Virus record (IMG/VR): IMGVR_UViG_3300005144_000002
Location: 1 to 32,478 of that record
DNA: 32,478 nucleotides
Strand: one strand, 5' to 3'
Origin: a virus
Lineage: Duplodnaviria; Caudoviricetes
Below the pieces are notes generated by a model. It had not been told where the DNA came from and searched no databases. It saw nothing but the letters and a program-made list of their open reading frames with translations. The translations under genes were made by a program, and so were the position numbers. This document shows, piece after piece, positions 6,136-14,584 of the stretch (within the stretch, counting starts at the first letter, position 1; every line of letters starts with the position of its first letter).

Positions 6136-6912
6136 ATGGAACTTTCTATTCAGGAAAAGCAAAATTCGTTTGCCCTGGCACCTGTAGAACGGGCAATTAC
6201 TCCAGGTATCTGGAAGATGATCAATGAAATGGCGCCGGTAATGTATCGCAGCCGTCTGTTTGAGGTAACCAGCCCGGAAGCGGCAGCTGCCATCATGCTG
6301 AAGGGCTTTGAAATGGGACTTTCGATCACGGCCAGCTTTGAGCTGATTCAGGTTGTGCAGGGAAAACCAGGTCTCAGCCCGCGGGGAGCGCTGGCCATGC
6401 TGCTCAACAGCCCGAAAATCAAGAAAATTGAAATCAAAGAGTTGACGAAAAATGGTCAATATATTGGGCACTCCTGTTACATGCAGCGCGATAACGGATT
6501 TGAGTATTCTGTCAGTTTCACAATTGAAGATGCGAGAAACGCAGGATTGATCAAGCCACAAAGCGGTTGGGAACATTACCCCAAAAATATGTGCCAATGG
6601 CGCGCAGTAGGCTTTACAGCAGACGTGGTAGCGCCGGATATTGTAGCTGGTATGACTTCCATCATGAAAATGCCTGAAGAATTTGGGCTTGCGCTGACAG
6701 AAGATGGTGACATTATCGATTTGAAAAGCAAGCCTACGATCGAACAAAGCCAGACTCAGAGCGTTCAGGCGGAAGCTAATATTCCGAGCCTGGATGAATT
6801 AGTGGCTCAGTATGGCGCGGAAGCTGTTATGGTTGCCAATGAGGGGGCCATTCCAAGGACCAATGAAGAGCTTGTCAAAGCTGCAGAAAAATTGGCTGGG
6901 GGTGTTCAATGA
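6136..6912 (+). CDS. RecT/Red-beta-like single-strand annealing protein
   Basis: 'G.E.GL.....I.VVQGKP' and 'W.HYPKNM..WRA' motifs; paired with a downstream exonuclease. Confidence 0.72.
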   Translation: MELSIQEKQNSFALAPVERAITPGIWKMINEMAPVMYRSRLFEVTSPEAAAAIMLKGFEMGLSITASFELIQVVQGKPGLSPRGALAMLLNSPKIKKIEIKELTKNGQYIGHSCYMQRDNGFEYSVSFTIEDARNAGLIKPQSGWEHYPKNMCQWRAVGFTADVVAPDIVAGMTSIMKMPEEFGLALTEDGDIIDLKSKPTIEQSQTQSVQAEANIPSLDELVAQYGAEAVMVANEGAIPRTNEELVKAAEKLAGGVQ

Positions 6913-7706
6913 TCGAGCACCTTTCCTATTCCAGTATCTCAACTTATCTGACTTGTGCGGCTAGCTGGAAGTTTCGCTACCTGGATAAGGTGAATACGCC
7001 AACCAGCACCGCATTGATCTTTGGATCTGCATTTCATAACACTGTAGAAGGGTATTTGGCAGAAATCGCCAATGGTGGAAAGCCGGATTTGATGGAAATC
7101 TGGCAGGAAAAATGGCGTGAGCAGAGCACTGAAAAAAATGAAAAAGGTGAACTCATTACCCGCGAAGATGTGGACTGGGGAGCTGATACACCTGAAAGCC
7201 TTTGCAATGATGGTATTCGGCTGCTTTCCCATGATGATATTCACACAGGCATACTCAGCATCATGCCAGGTGTGGATTCGAGCGGGGTAAAGATTGAACG
7301 CAAAGTCACTCTGCAGGTGCCTGGTGTGCCGGTCCCGATAATTGGCTTTATTGATATCGTCACAACTGATGGGATTCCGGGGGATTTTAAAACGAGCAGT
7401 CGGAGCTGGTCACCGGAGAAAGCATTGGGCGAAACGCAGCCATTATTCTACCTGGCAGCTCTCAATCAAGCGGGGACTCAAACACCCGGTTGGAAATTCA
7501 GGCATTTTGTATTCGTGAAAACGAAAAAGCCTCAGTTTCAGGTATTGGAACATGTTCATACTCCAGGCCAGATGATGTGGCTGTTTTCAATGATTCAGAA
7601 GGTCTGGAAGGGAATAGATGCGGGGATTTTCCCAGAGAACCCAACCGGGTGGAAGTGTGACCCGCAGTATTGTGAGTATTGGCATTTATGCAGGGGTAAG
7701 TTTTGA
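6909..7706 (+). CDS. PD-(D/E)xK RecB/Cas4-like exonuclease with 4-Cys (Fe-S) motif
   Basis: 'LSYSSI..Y..C', 'G.AFH', 'IGFID', 'DFKT', 'Q..FY', C-terminal C-x4-C-x5-C. Confidence 0.85.
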   Translation: MIEHLSYSSISTYLTCAASWKFRYLDKVNTPTSTALIFGSAFHNTVEGYLAEIANGGKPDLMEIWQEKWREQSTEKNEKGELITREDVDWGADTPESLCNDGIRLLSHDDIHTGILSIMPGVDSSGVKIERKVTLQVPGVPVPIIGFIDIVTTDGIPGDFKTSSRSWSPEKALGETQPLFYLAALNQAGTQTPGWKFRHFVFVKTKKPQFQVLEHVHTPGQMMWLFSMIQKVWKGIDAGIFPENPTGWKCDPQYCEYWHLCRGKF

Positions 7707-7732
7707 TATTTCGCATGACCAAGAGGTGGTAA

Positions 7733-8002
7733 ATGTTGTTTGAAGAATGGAAAGCTGAAAAAGAAAAGGAATTCACAACCAGAACTGGGGAACCGCTGCC
7801 GGTTTGCATTCGCCTGATGATTTCGTATTACAAGCGAACTGAAGGTAAGATTTGTGGGCATTGTGCCCATTTCTCTCAACCCCAAAAAGGACGTACTTAT
7901 ATCTGCAGAAAAGAAATCAATCCTGGCAGGGCGAGACAGAAATTCAGCCCATGGGAAGCTGATTTCCCGGCTTGTGGTTTGTTCAAAAAGGAGGATGAAT
8001 GA
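7733..8002 (+). CDS. Small Cys-rich hypothetical protein
   Basis: CGHCAHF...C...C pattern; SD GAGGTG. Confidence 0.6.
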   Translation: MLFEEWKAEKEKEFTTRTGEPLPVCIRLMISYYKRTEGKICGHCAHFSQPQKGRTYICRKEINPGRARQKFSPWEADFPACGLFKKEDE

Positions 8003-8829
8003 ATCAGTGCACAGTTGTGAATGATAGTGGTGTGTTGGCCTTTTATAGCCCATTTAACCCGGCGCTGGTCAATGATCTGAAGATCAGGATCCCAGCCACT
8101 GACCGGCGCTGGGATAATCAGAAACGATGCTGGTTGATTGCTCCCCAACATGGTCAGACGCTGGCACACCTGGCGGCACATTATTTCAATGATCAGATAC
8201 CCGTTCTGCAGGTACAAGAATTTCAACCAACAATTGACTTGAAGTTGATTGAAGTGAGATATATTGGCCAGTGTAAAACTCGCGAGGATGGAAGCAGTTC
8301 TGCATTTGGTTTGGTTGGGGAACAGTGGTCAGTAGTTTTTCCCGAGGAAGCATTAAGAACCTGGTTTGAAGCGGGTCCACCCCAACCTGACCAGCAGATC
8401 TCATTGTTTGCAGTACTCGGAGTAAAGCAAAACGCTACCCAGGAGGAAATCAAGACCGGTTTCAGACGTGTGGCCAGGCAGTGGCATCCGGATATCTGTA
8501 AAGAGCCTGATGCGGCTGATCAATTCATGCGCATTCAATCTGCTTATGAGATTCTGAATGATCCTATTAAGCGGCAGAAGTATGAAGCTGGTTTGGCTCT
8601 TCAGGCAACACTGATTGCAAACAAAACAGATCAATCCTATCAACTAATGCATAGAAATTACCGGTCGCCTTTGCGCTGTGGTCATATTCTGGTTGAAGGC
8701 AGCGAAGTCTTGGGACGTTTCACAGTTTCAAAAATTATCCACTGGGAAGATATTGTCAATGAGTATGGCCAGACGCTTGTAGTTTCATGGTCAGCCGGCT
8801 CTGATCATCCAGTGGAGTCTTGGATATAG
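7999..8829 (+). CDS. J-domain (DnaJ-type) protein with N-terminal HARP/DUF5710-like segment
   Basis: 'LFAVLGV...A..EEIK..FRR.A..WHPD...F..I..AYEIL.D..KR..YE' is a full J-domain with HPD; N-terminus 'PFNPALV..LK.IP...RRWD...CW'. Confidence 0.8.
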   Translation: MNQCTVVNDSGVLAFYSPFNPALVNDLKIRIPATDRRWDNQKRCWLIAPQHGQTLAHLAAHYFNDQIPVLQVQEFQPTIDLKLIEVRYIGQCKTREDGSSSAFGLVGEQWSVVFPEEALRTWFEAGPPQPDQQISLFAVLGVKQNATQEEIKTGFRRVARQWHPDICKEPDAADQFMRIQSAYEILNDPIKRQKYEAGLALQATLIANKTDQSYQLMHRNYRSPLRCGHILVEGSEVLGRFTVSKIIHWEDIVNEYGQTLVVSWSAGSDHPVESWI

Positions 8830-8837
8830 GTGAAAAG

Positions 8838-9083
8838 ATGAACCAAAGAAAGATTATGAAAACATTCCGAATGTGCACACCAACTGAACGTAGGGAACTA
8901 CTACAGCCACTTGTGGAAAAAGCGCCAGAAGAGATTTGGGAGATTGCCCGGGATTTGAGAAATGAGCTGAGGATAATATACCCTTACACGATGGTCAGTG
9001 AGAAATCTATTGTTGAAATGCTGACGCTTATGGGCTTGCATTTGGCGGCTGGCACGTTACCAACTCAGAAAGAGAGGATTTGA
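8838..9083 (+). CDS. Hypothetical protein
   Basis: ORF between J-domain and vWA genes; SD AGGTG. Confidence 0.6.
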   Translation: MNQRKIMKTFRMCTPTERRELLQPLVEKAPEEIWEIARDLRNELRIIYPYTMVSEKSIVEMLTLMGLHLAAGTLPTQKERI

Positions 9084-9637
9084 TGACTATAGTACAAGGT
9101 TCGCTGAGCTCAATTGCTAAGCAAAACCAGATCTCTATTGCCGAGAGTTTTATTAATGCGGACTGCATCTGCATCGTAGATACTTCTGGATCCATGGAAG
9201 ATAAGGATAGCCGTGGTGGCTTGAGCCGGTATGAGATTGCCTGCCAGGAACTTTCTCAACTTCAGAAAAACCTACCTGGAAAAATCGCAGTGATTTCATT
9301 CAGTTCAGCGGTGCAATTCTGCCCAAATGGAGTTCCGGTTTTTCTGGGCGCAACTACAGACCTGGCCAAAGCACTCAATTTTGTCAAAGTAGCGGATGTG
9401 CCAGAAATGCGTTTCATCGTAATCAGTGACGGACAACCCGATTCAGAGAAGGAATCATTGCAGGTTGCAGCGACTTTTAAAAATAAGATCGATGTAATCT
9501 ATGTTGGTCCGGAAGATCGCCCACATGGGCGTGAATTCTTGCAAAATCTGGCCGCGGTAACTGGTGGCAAGTCAGTTACGGTTGATCGAGCAAAAGAGCT
9601 GCGGGCTGGAATCATGGGCCTGCTTCGTGCCGGTTAG
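9083..9637 (+). CDS. Stand-alone von Willebrand factor A (vWA) domain protein
   Basis: MIDAS DTSGSM, 'TDLAKAL', 'VISDGQP', 'FL..LA..TGG'. Confidence 0.85.
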   Translation: MTIVQGSLSSIAKQNQISIAESFINADCICIVDTSGSMEDKDSRGGLSRYEIACQELSQLQKNLPGKIAVISFSSAVQFCPNGVPVFLGATTDLAKALNFVKVADVPEMRFIVISDGQPDSEKESLQVAATFKNKIDVIYVGPEDRPHGREFLQNLAAVTGGKSVTVDRAKELRAGIMGLLRAG

Positions 9638-9660
9638 CGATCCTTAAGCGAGGGGACCAC

Positions 9661-11151
9661 ATGACAACCAGCACTACAATGAATCTATTTAAAACACTGC
9701 TCAATGCTGGCGTGGCGCCCACGGACGCGGAAGAACTGGAGAAGCACTTTGAGGGGGAACCGGATTTTCTGGAAGGGCTTGAGCAAATTGCCCAGATTAT
9801 GGCACTTAAGGAACTTCCAGGAATGGTTCCCCCAACCGGCGAACCCTGGCGGTCAATCCATGAGAATATGTCACAGGATATGGCCAACGGGGAAGACGCG
9901 GACACTGCCTGGCGCAACGCAATTGCTAAATTTGACCCTGCTGTGGCAATCGCCATAACGGGGGCCCTTAACCTGCGAATGAAGGTCATCCTTGACTTTG
10001 AACAGCAGAAGGGCAAGAAAAAGCGGGTTAAAACCATTGAGTATGTAAAAGTGCTTCAGCACCAGCTTGGATATGATTTCAAGTTGAATGAATGCACTGA
10101 CAATATTGAGGTAAACGGAAGTCCAATCCATGATCACCTGGCAGCCCAGATTCGAAGCCAGATGAGAGATTTGGGGTTTGAACGTTCTCAAGTTATCGAA
10201 GATGCTTATGTTTCTTTGGCTTTCCAACAGCGATATCATCCTGTGCGGCAGTACTTGACCAGCTTGAATTATGATGGCGGGAATTACATCGCTGAGCTTG
10301 CTTCCTTCTTTAAGGATAAGTATGGCATGTTTCCGGTTTGGTTGAGAAAATGGCTGATAGGTTCCTGCGCCAAAGTATTCGAGGCAGAGCAAAACCCTAT
10401 GTTGGTTCTGGATGGCCGCCAGGGGATTGGCAAAAGTGAATTTGTGAAATGGCTGGCAAAGCCGCTCCAGGATTATTTCATAGAGGCGCCCATCAATACA
10501 GAAGATAAGGATTCTGATATTCGGTTATTCAGTTATTGGATCTGGGAAGTAAGTGAGTTGGGCGCCACAACCAGGCGCGCAGATTACGAAGCATTGAAAG
10601 CTTTCCTGACCAAGCGTAAGGTAACCGTCAGAAAGCCTTACGGCCATTATGATATCAATAAACCTGCTATGGCTAGCTTTATTGGCACAGTCAACAATAG
10701 CAGTGGAATTCTAAATGACCCTACAGGTAGCAGGCGTTTTCACATTTCACACCTGGAAGGTATCAATTGGGATTATACAAGCATTGAGCCAGATTTGGTT
10801 TGGGCTGAGGCTATGGCTGCATACTTGGCTAGAGAAAGCTGGCAACTCACCAAAGATGAAGAGAATCGCGCTCAGGAAATTAATGAGGAATATGAAATCA
10901 CTGATCCAGTAGAAGATTTGATTCGAAAGCACTTCAAAATTCAAGTTGGCAATCAGACCTGGTGGATGCCCACAGCCGATATTCTTTCTATCTTGGAAGA
11001 TCCATTTGCAGGTGGATTGAAAGGGAATACCCGGAGTAATGCCATGGCGCTGGCGGGTGCTATGAAAAAGATTGGTTTAGAAAAGAAAAAGCAGCGAAAC
11101 TCCAATGGTCAGCCGGTTTGGGGCTATGTTGGTATTGCTTATGGGCCATAA
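9661..11151 (+). CDS. VirE/VapE-family P-loop NTPase (replicative helicase)
   Basis: 'YHPVRQYL', Walker A GRQGIGKS, 'WIWEVSEL', 'RKPY', 'FIGTVN...L.DPTGSRRF'. Confidence 0.85.
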   Translation: MTTSTTMNLFKTLLNAGVAPTDAEELEKHFEGEPDFLEGLEQIAQIMALKELPGMVPPTGEPWRSIHENMSQDMANGEDADTAWRNAIAKFDPAVAIAITGALNLRMKVILDFEQQKGKKKRVKTIEYVKVLQHQLGYDFKLNECTDNIEVNGSPIHDHLAAQIRSQMRDLGFERSQVIEDAYVSLAFQQRYHPVRQYLTSLNYDGGNYIAELASFFKDKYGMFPVWLRKWLIGSCAKVFEAEQNPMLVLDGRQGIGKSEFVKWLAKPLQDYFIEAPINTEDKDSDIRLFSYWIWEVSELGATTRRADYEALKAFLTKRKVTVRKPYGHYDINKPAMASFIGTVNNSSGILNDPTGSRRFHISHLEGINWDYTSIEPDLVWAEAMAAYLARESWQLTKDEENRAQEINEEYEITDPVEDLIRKHFKIQVGNQTWWMPTADILSILEDPFAGGLKGNTRSNAMALAGAMKKIGLEKKKQRNSNGQPVWGYVGIAYGP

Positions 11152-11159
11152 AAGTGGCT

Positions 11160-11366
11160 AGGTTGGAACAGGTTGGATACAAGGTTGGAACGAGGTTGGA
11201 ACACGAAACGGACTACTTAATATATGAAGAAAGCTATTCGTAAAAAAGACCACTTAATCGGTTGTTCCAACCGTTCCAACCTAAAAACCAACAAACACTG
11301 AAACGAATTAATTATTAACAAATCAATTTAATGGAAAAAGTCGGAACAGTTGGAACAGGTTGGAAC
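11160..11366. repeat. Putative replication origin: nine (A)GGTTGGAAC-type iterons around an AT-rich tract
   Basis: Forward copies at 11160, 11170, 11182, 11193; inverted at 11264, 11273; AT-rich 11283-11335; forward at 11339, 11348, 11357. Confidence 0.8.
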
Positions 11367-11402
11367 AAAATCGGTTTTTTGGGTTTTGAAAGCGAGCTGA
11401 GA

Positions 11403-12323
11403 ATGGAAATATTAGAAACCGCTTTACACTGGTATAAAAAAGGCATAGCAGTAATTCCAATTCAGTTTCGAGATAAGAAACCAGACAGTAGTCTATTGCC
11501 GCGAGATGAAAAGGGTAGGCCTGTTTGGGAACCGTTTCAAAAACGGCTGCCAACAGAAGATGAATTAAAAACCTGGTTTCCTTCTCGATTACGCAATATG
11601 GCAATTATAACCGGGTGGCGCGGTCTTGTTGTATTGGATTTTGATAATGCGGCTGCTTATTCTCAATGGCGTATGTGGACTACCAGAAAAGGTGGATTTA
11701 CCAGGTATGCAGCAGAATCAACTTTTCAGGTTAGAACAGCCCGGGGGATTCATGTTTATATCAGATTACCTCATACTGAGTTGAATAGAAAACTAGATGG
11801 TATTGATATCAAAGCGGCAGGAGGCTACGTTTTAGCTCCACCTTCAATTCATCCCACAGGAATACAATATCAGGCTGTTGATGAAAAAGCACAAATCGTT
11901 TTAGTGGATGCGCTTTCAGATATTTTGCCTGCGAAACTGCTAGAAAAACATACTGAGTTACCAGAGGATGTGGTGACATTGCCTGGAAGAGCTCATGTTC
12001 CGCAACCATCAGATGATCTTTGGGAAACGGTCAACCATGGTCCTGATCCGGAGAGGGCATTAGTCGATCAAATTAGAGAAAAGTTTGACATTCTCAGTTT
12101 CTTCCCAAACGCAGAAAAAACCAGTAGCAACGGGCGCTGGTATCGCAGCATGTGTCCATTCCATCAGGACAATCATCCCTCATTTTGGATTGATAGAGCA
12201 CGACAAATTTGTGGTTGTTTTGCCACCTGTACACCAAAGCCATTGGATGTGATCAATCTTTATGCGCGGCTGAATGGTATCAGTAATGTTGAATCCATTT
12301 TCAGCCTTTCACGGTTGTTATGA
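11403..12323 (+). CDS. Bifunctional primase-polymerase (Prim-Pol) with C-terminal CHC2 zinc finger
   Basis: 'ALHW...G.AVIP', 'N.AI.TG..LVVLDFD', 'T.RG.H.Y', 'GYV.APPSIH.TG..Y'; C-terminal CPFH-x17-C-x3-C. Start moved from 11331 because that extension reads through the iterons. Confidence 0.85.
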   Translation: MEILETALHWYKKGIAVIPIQFRDKKPDSSLLPRDEKGRPVWEPFQKRLPTEDELKTWFPSRLRNMAIITGWRGLVVLDFDNAAAYSQWRMWTTRKGGFTRYAAESTFQVRTARGIHVYIRLPHTELNRKLDGIDIKAAGGYVLAPPSIHPTGIQYQAVDEKAQIVLVDALSDILPAKLLEKHTELPEDVVTLPGRAHVPQPSDDLWETVNHGPDPERALVDQIREKFDILSFFPNAEKTSSNGRWYRSMCPFHQDNHPSFWIDRARQICGCFATCTPKPLDVINLYARLNGISNVESIFSLSRLL

Positions 12324-12345
12324 ATTGTTAGGACAGGAGATATTT

Positions 12346-12573
12346 ATGGCGTCATTTACAGGAACCAAGAAAAAGATCTATTGCCCGAAATGCCAGCGTG
12401 TAGTGGGTGATGTAGTGATCATCGAAAACCGGGAATGGTTGAAAGTCAATGGCATTGCAGTGAATGTTATGCGCGGGGTATGCCTTGAATGTGGCGCTGA
12501 ATTTCACTGGTCCATTTCAGAAAGGATGTTGTCTCAGCTGGTGGAACACGTGATTAAATTGAGAGATAGTTGA
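12346..12573 (+). CDS. Small Zn-ribbon protein, Mu Com-like; candidate late regulator
   Basis: CPKC...CLEC; SD AGGAG before ATG 12346; last gene before the late promoter. Confidence 0.6.
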   Translation: MASFTGTKKKIYCPKCQRVVGDVVIIENREWLKVNGIAVNVMRGVCLECGAEFHWSISERMLSQLVEHVIKLRDS

Positions 12574-12664
12574 CGACTAGGATATAATTATTAAAACAAA
12601 TGCGGTATAGAGCTGGATCCGCCCGGCACATTGCGTAATTCTGCGCAGTGCCGGGTTTTTTGTT
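12559..12664 (+). promoter_or_regulatory. Late promoter + conserved leader + intrinsic terminator (copy 1)
   Basis: TTGAGA-N18-TATAAT(12583); GCGGTAT...ATCCGC; CCCGGCAC...GTGCCGGG-TTTTTTGTT. Confidence 0.7.
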
Positions 12665-12678
12665 ACTTAGGTTTGTGA

Positions 12679-13203
12679 ATGGATAAGAATACTGAGTATC
12701 GGCTTAACTCAAAACAAAGGATGTTTCTTGAGGGTTACCTTCAAACCTGGAATGCCACCGAAGCGGCTCGGCGAGCTGGGTATAAACATCCATTGACTCA
12801 AGGTCCACGTTTGTTAACTCACCCAGAAATTGAAGCTGCACTTAAAGAGCGGATTAAGACAGCTGCCATGGAAGCGGACGAAGTTCTCGCGCGGTTGGCT
12901 GAGCAGGCAAAGCTGAACGCTGCTGAGTTCTTCATTTTTGAAGAGAATCCTCAGGGTGAACTCCAGATGAAAGATATTAACTGGGAGGTTTTTCGCAGTC
13001 GCGGGCATCTGGTCAAGCGTTTGACTTGGATTAAGGGAAGGCCGGTAGTGGAGTTTCATGATGCCCAGGCTGCTTTGATTCAATTGGGTAGAGCGCTCAA
13101 GCTGTTCACAGATGGTGTGGATATAAATATGCCGGCCGCCAATGTGCATTTCTATATTCCTGATAATGGAAGAGACAGTGTCAGTGAATCAGATCAGAAT
13201 TGA
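12679..13203 (+). CDS. terS: Terminase small subunit
   Basis: 'KQ..F...Y...NATEAARRAGY......RLL..P.I' and C-terminal 'AL..LG..L.LF' signature. Confidence 0.9.
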   Translation: MDKNTEYRLNSKQRMFLEGYLQTWNATEAARRAGYKHPLTQGPRLLTHPEIEAALKERIKTAAMEADEVLARLAEQAKLNAAEFFIFEENPQGELQMKDINWEVFRSRGHLVKRLTWIKGRPVVEFHDAQAALIQLGRALKLFTDGVDINMPAANVHFYIPDNGRDSVSESDQN

Positions 13204-14584
13204 TTTCCGACCGCAGCCTGGCCCTCAGGAGATGTTTTTAGCTACTCCTGCAGATATTGCTATTTATGGAGGCTCTGCTGGGGGCGGAAAGACTTGGGGT
13301 TTGTTGATTGAAGCTGCCCGGCATCACAGACGACAGGGTTATGGGGCGGTGATATTCCGCCGGACTTATCCAGAGATTACAAATGAGGGTGGGTTATGGG
13401 ATGAAAGTGAAAAGATTTACCCATTGCTAGGCGCTAGGCCTGTAAAAGGAGATTTGTACTGGAAATTTCCAAACGGTTCAAAAATTAGTTTTGGTCATCT
13501 GCAATTTGAGAAAGATTTGATGAATTACCAGGGCGCACAAATTGCTTTGATTGGGTATGACCAGCTGGAACACTTCACTCAGAAGATGTTCTTTTATATG
13601 CTCAGTCGTAACCGGTCAGTATGTGGCGTTCGGCCGTATATTCGGGCAACATGTAATCCGGACCCCGATTCATTTTTGGCAAATTTCCTATCCTGGTGGA
13701 TTGCTGAAGATGGATATGCGGATCTTTCAAAAGCTGGAAAAATCCGTTGGTTTATTCAACCTGATGGACAAATGGTTGTCTGGGGAGATTCTCGAGAAGA
13801 ACTGATTGAGAAGTATGGTGACGGTGTTGATCCTCTGAGCGTGACATTTATTCCGGCCAGTGTTTTCAATAATAAGATTCTACTGGCGAAAGATCCTGGT
13901 TATTTAGCCAAACTAAAAGCGTTGAGTTATGTTGACCGTGAAAGATTGCTGGGGGATCCCATGCGCGGGGGAAATTGGAAAGTAAAACCTACAGCTGGAA
14001 AGTTCTTCAACCGTACATGGTTCAAATTGGTCAAAGAAGTGCCGGCAAGTGGAATTGTGGTGAGACGATGGGATTTTGCCGCGACTGCAAAAGAGCTTGT
14101 TAATGACGACCCTGATTACACGGCTTCGTGCTTGATGTTGCGTTCTCAAGATGGCAGCTTCTATATTCTGGATGTGACCGCAGCCCAAATGGGACCGGCT
14201 GAGGTTGACAAGTATTTCATGAACCTAACACATCAGGATGCGGTCCGATTTAGAGAAGAAAAACGGCAGTATTTGTGCCGTTGGGAACAGGAGCCAGGTA
14301 GTGCTGGAAAACGGGAATCATTCAGGCTTACTAAATTGCTTGCTGGGATTGATGCCCATGGGATTTCATCAACCGGAGATAAGTTGGTTAGGGCAAAACC
14401 ACTTGCTGCCCAAGCTGAAGCTGGAAATGTGTATTTACTTGAAGGACCATGGAATGAGATGTTTCTTTCTCACATGCATGGACAACCCGATTTGCCCCAC
14501 GATGACATAATGGACAGCGCTAGTGGTGCTTTTGATGATTTGTCACGACCCATTTTGAGAATAGCGAGGAGTTACCAGGGATGA
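13184..14584 (+). CDS. terL: Terminase large subunit (start uncertain: 13142-13184)
   Basis: 'PQPGPQ', Walker A GGSAGGGKT, 'RATCNP', nuclease 'WDFAAT', 'K..RA.P', 'HDD..D'. Confidence 0.92.
   Translation: MNQIRIDFRPQPGPQEMFLATPADIAIYGGSAGGGKTWGLLIEAARHHRRQGYGAVIFRRTYPEITNEGGLWDESEKIYPLLGARPVKGDLYWKFPNGSKISFGHLQFEKDLMNYQGAQIALIGYDQLEHFTQKMFFYMLSRNRSVCGVRPYIRATCNPDPDSFLANFLSWWIAEDGYADLSKAGKIRWFIQPDGQMVVWGDSREELIEKYGDGVDPLSVTFIPASVFNNKILLAKDPGYLAKLKALSYVDRERLLGDPMRGGNWKVKPTAGKFFNRTWFKLVKEVPASGIVVRRWDFAATAKELVNDDPDYTASCLMLRSQDGSFYILDVTAAQMGPAEVDKYFMNLTHQDAVRFREEKRQYLCRWEQEPGSAGKRESFRLTKLLAGIDAHGISSTGDKLVRAKPLAAQAEAGNVYLLEGPWNEMFLSHMHGQPDLPHDDIMDSASGAFDDLSRPILRIARSYQG

Noticed and set aside
5881-6747. 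288-aa minus-strand ORF
   Set aside because: Antisense to the well-supported ERCC4 and RecT-like genes.
6909-7706. cas4 as part of a CRISPR-Cas locus
   Set aside because: No cas1/cas2 or array; adjacency to a RecT-like gene indicates a recombination exonuclease.
9083-9637. Ro60/Rsr partner for Y-RNA-like elements
   Set aside because: Only a vWA domain; no TROVE domain in the window, and the gene is ~3.7 kb from the RNAs.
11160-11366. CRISPR array
   Set aside because: Repeats are 9-10 bp, in mixed orientation and lack unique spacers; they fit iterons.
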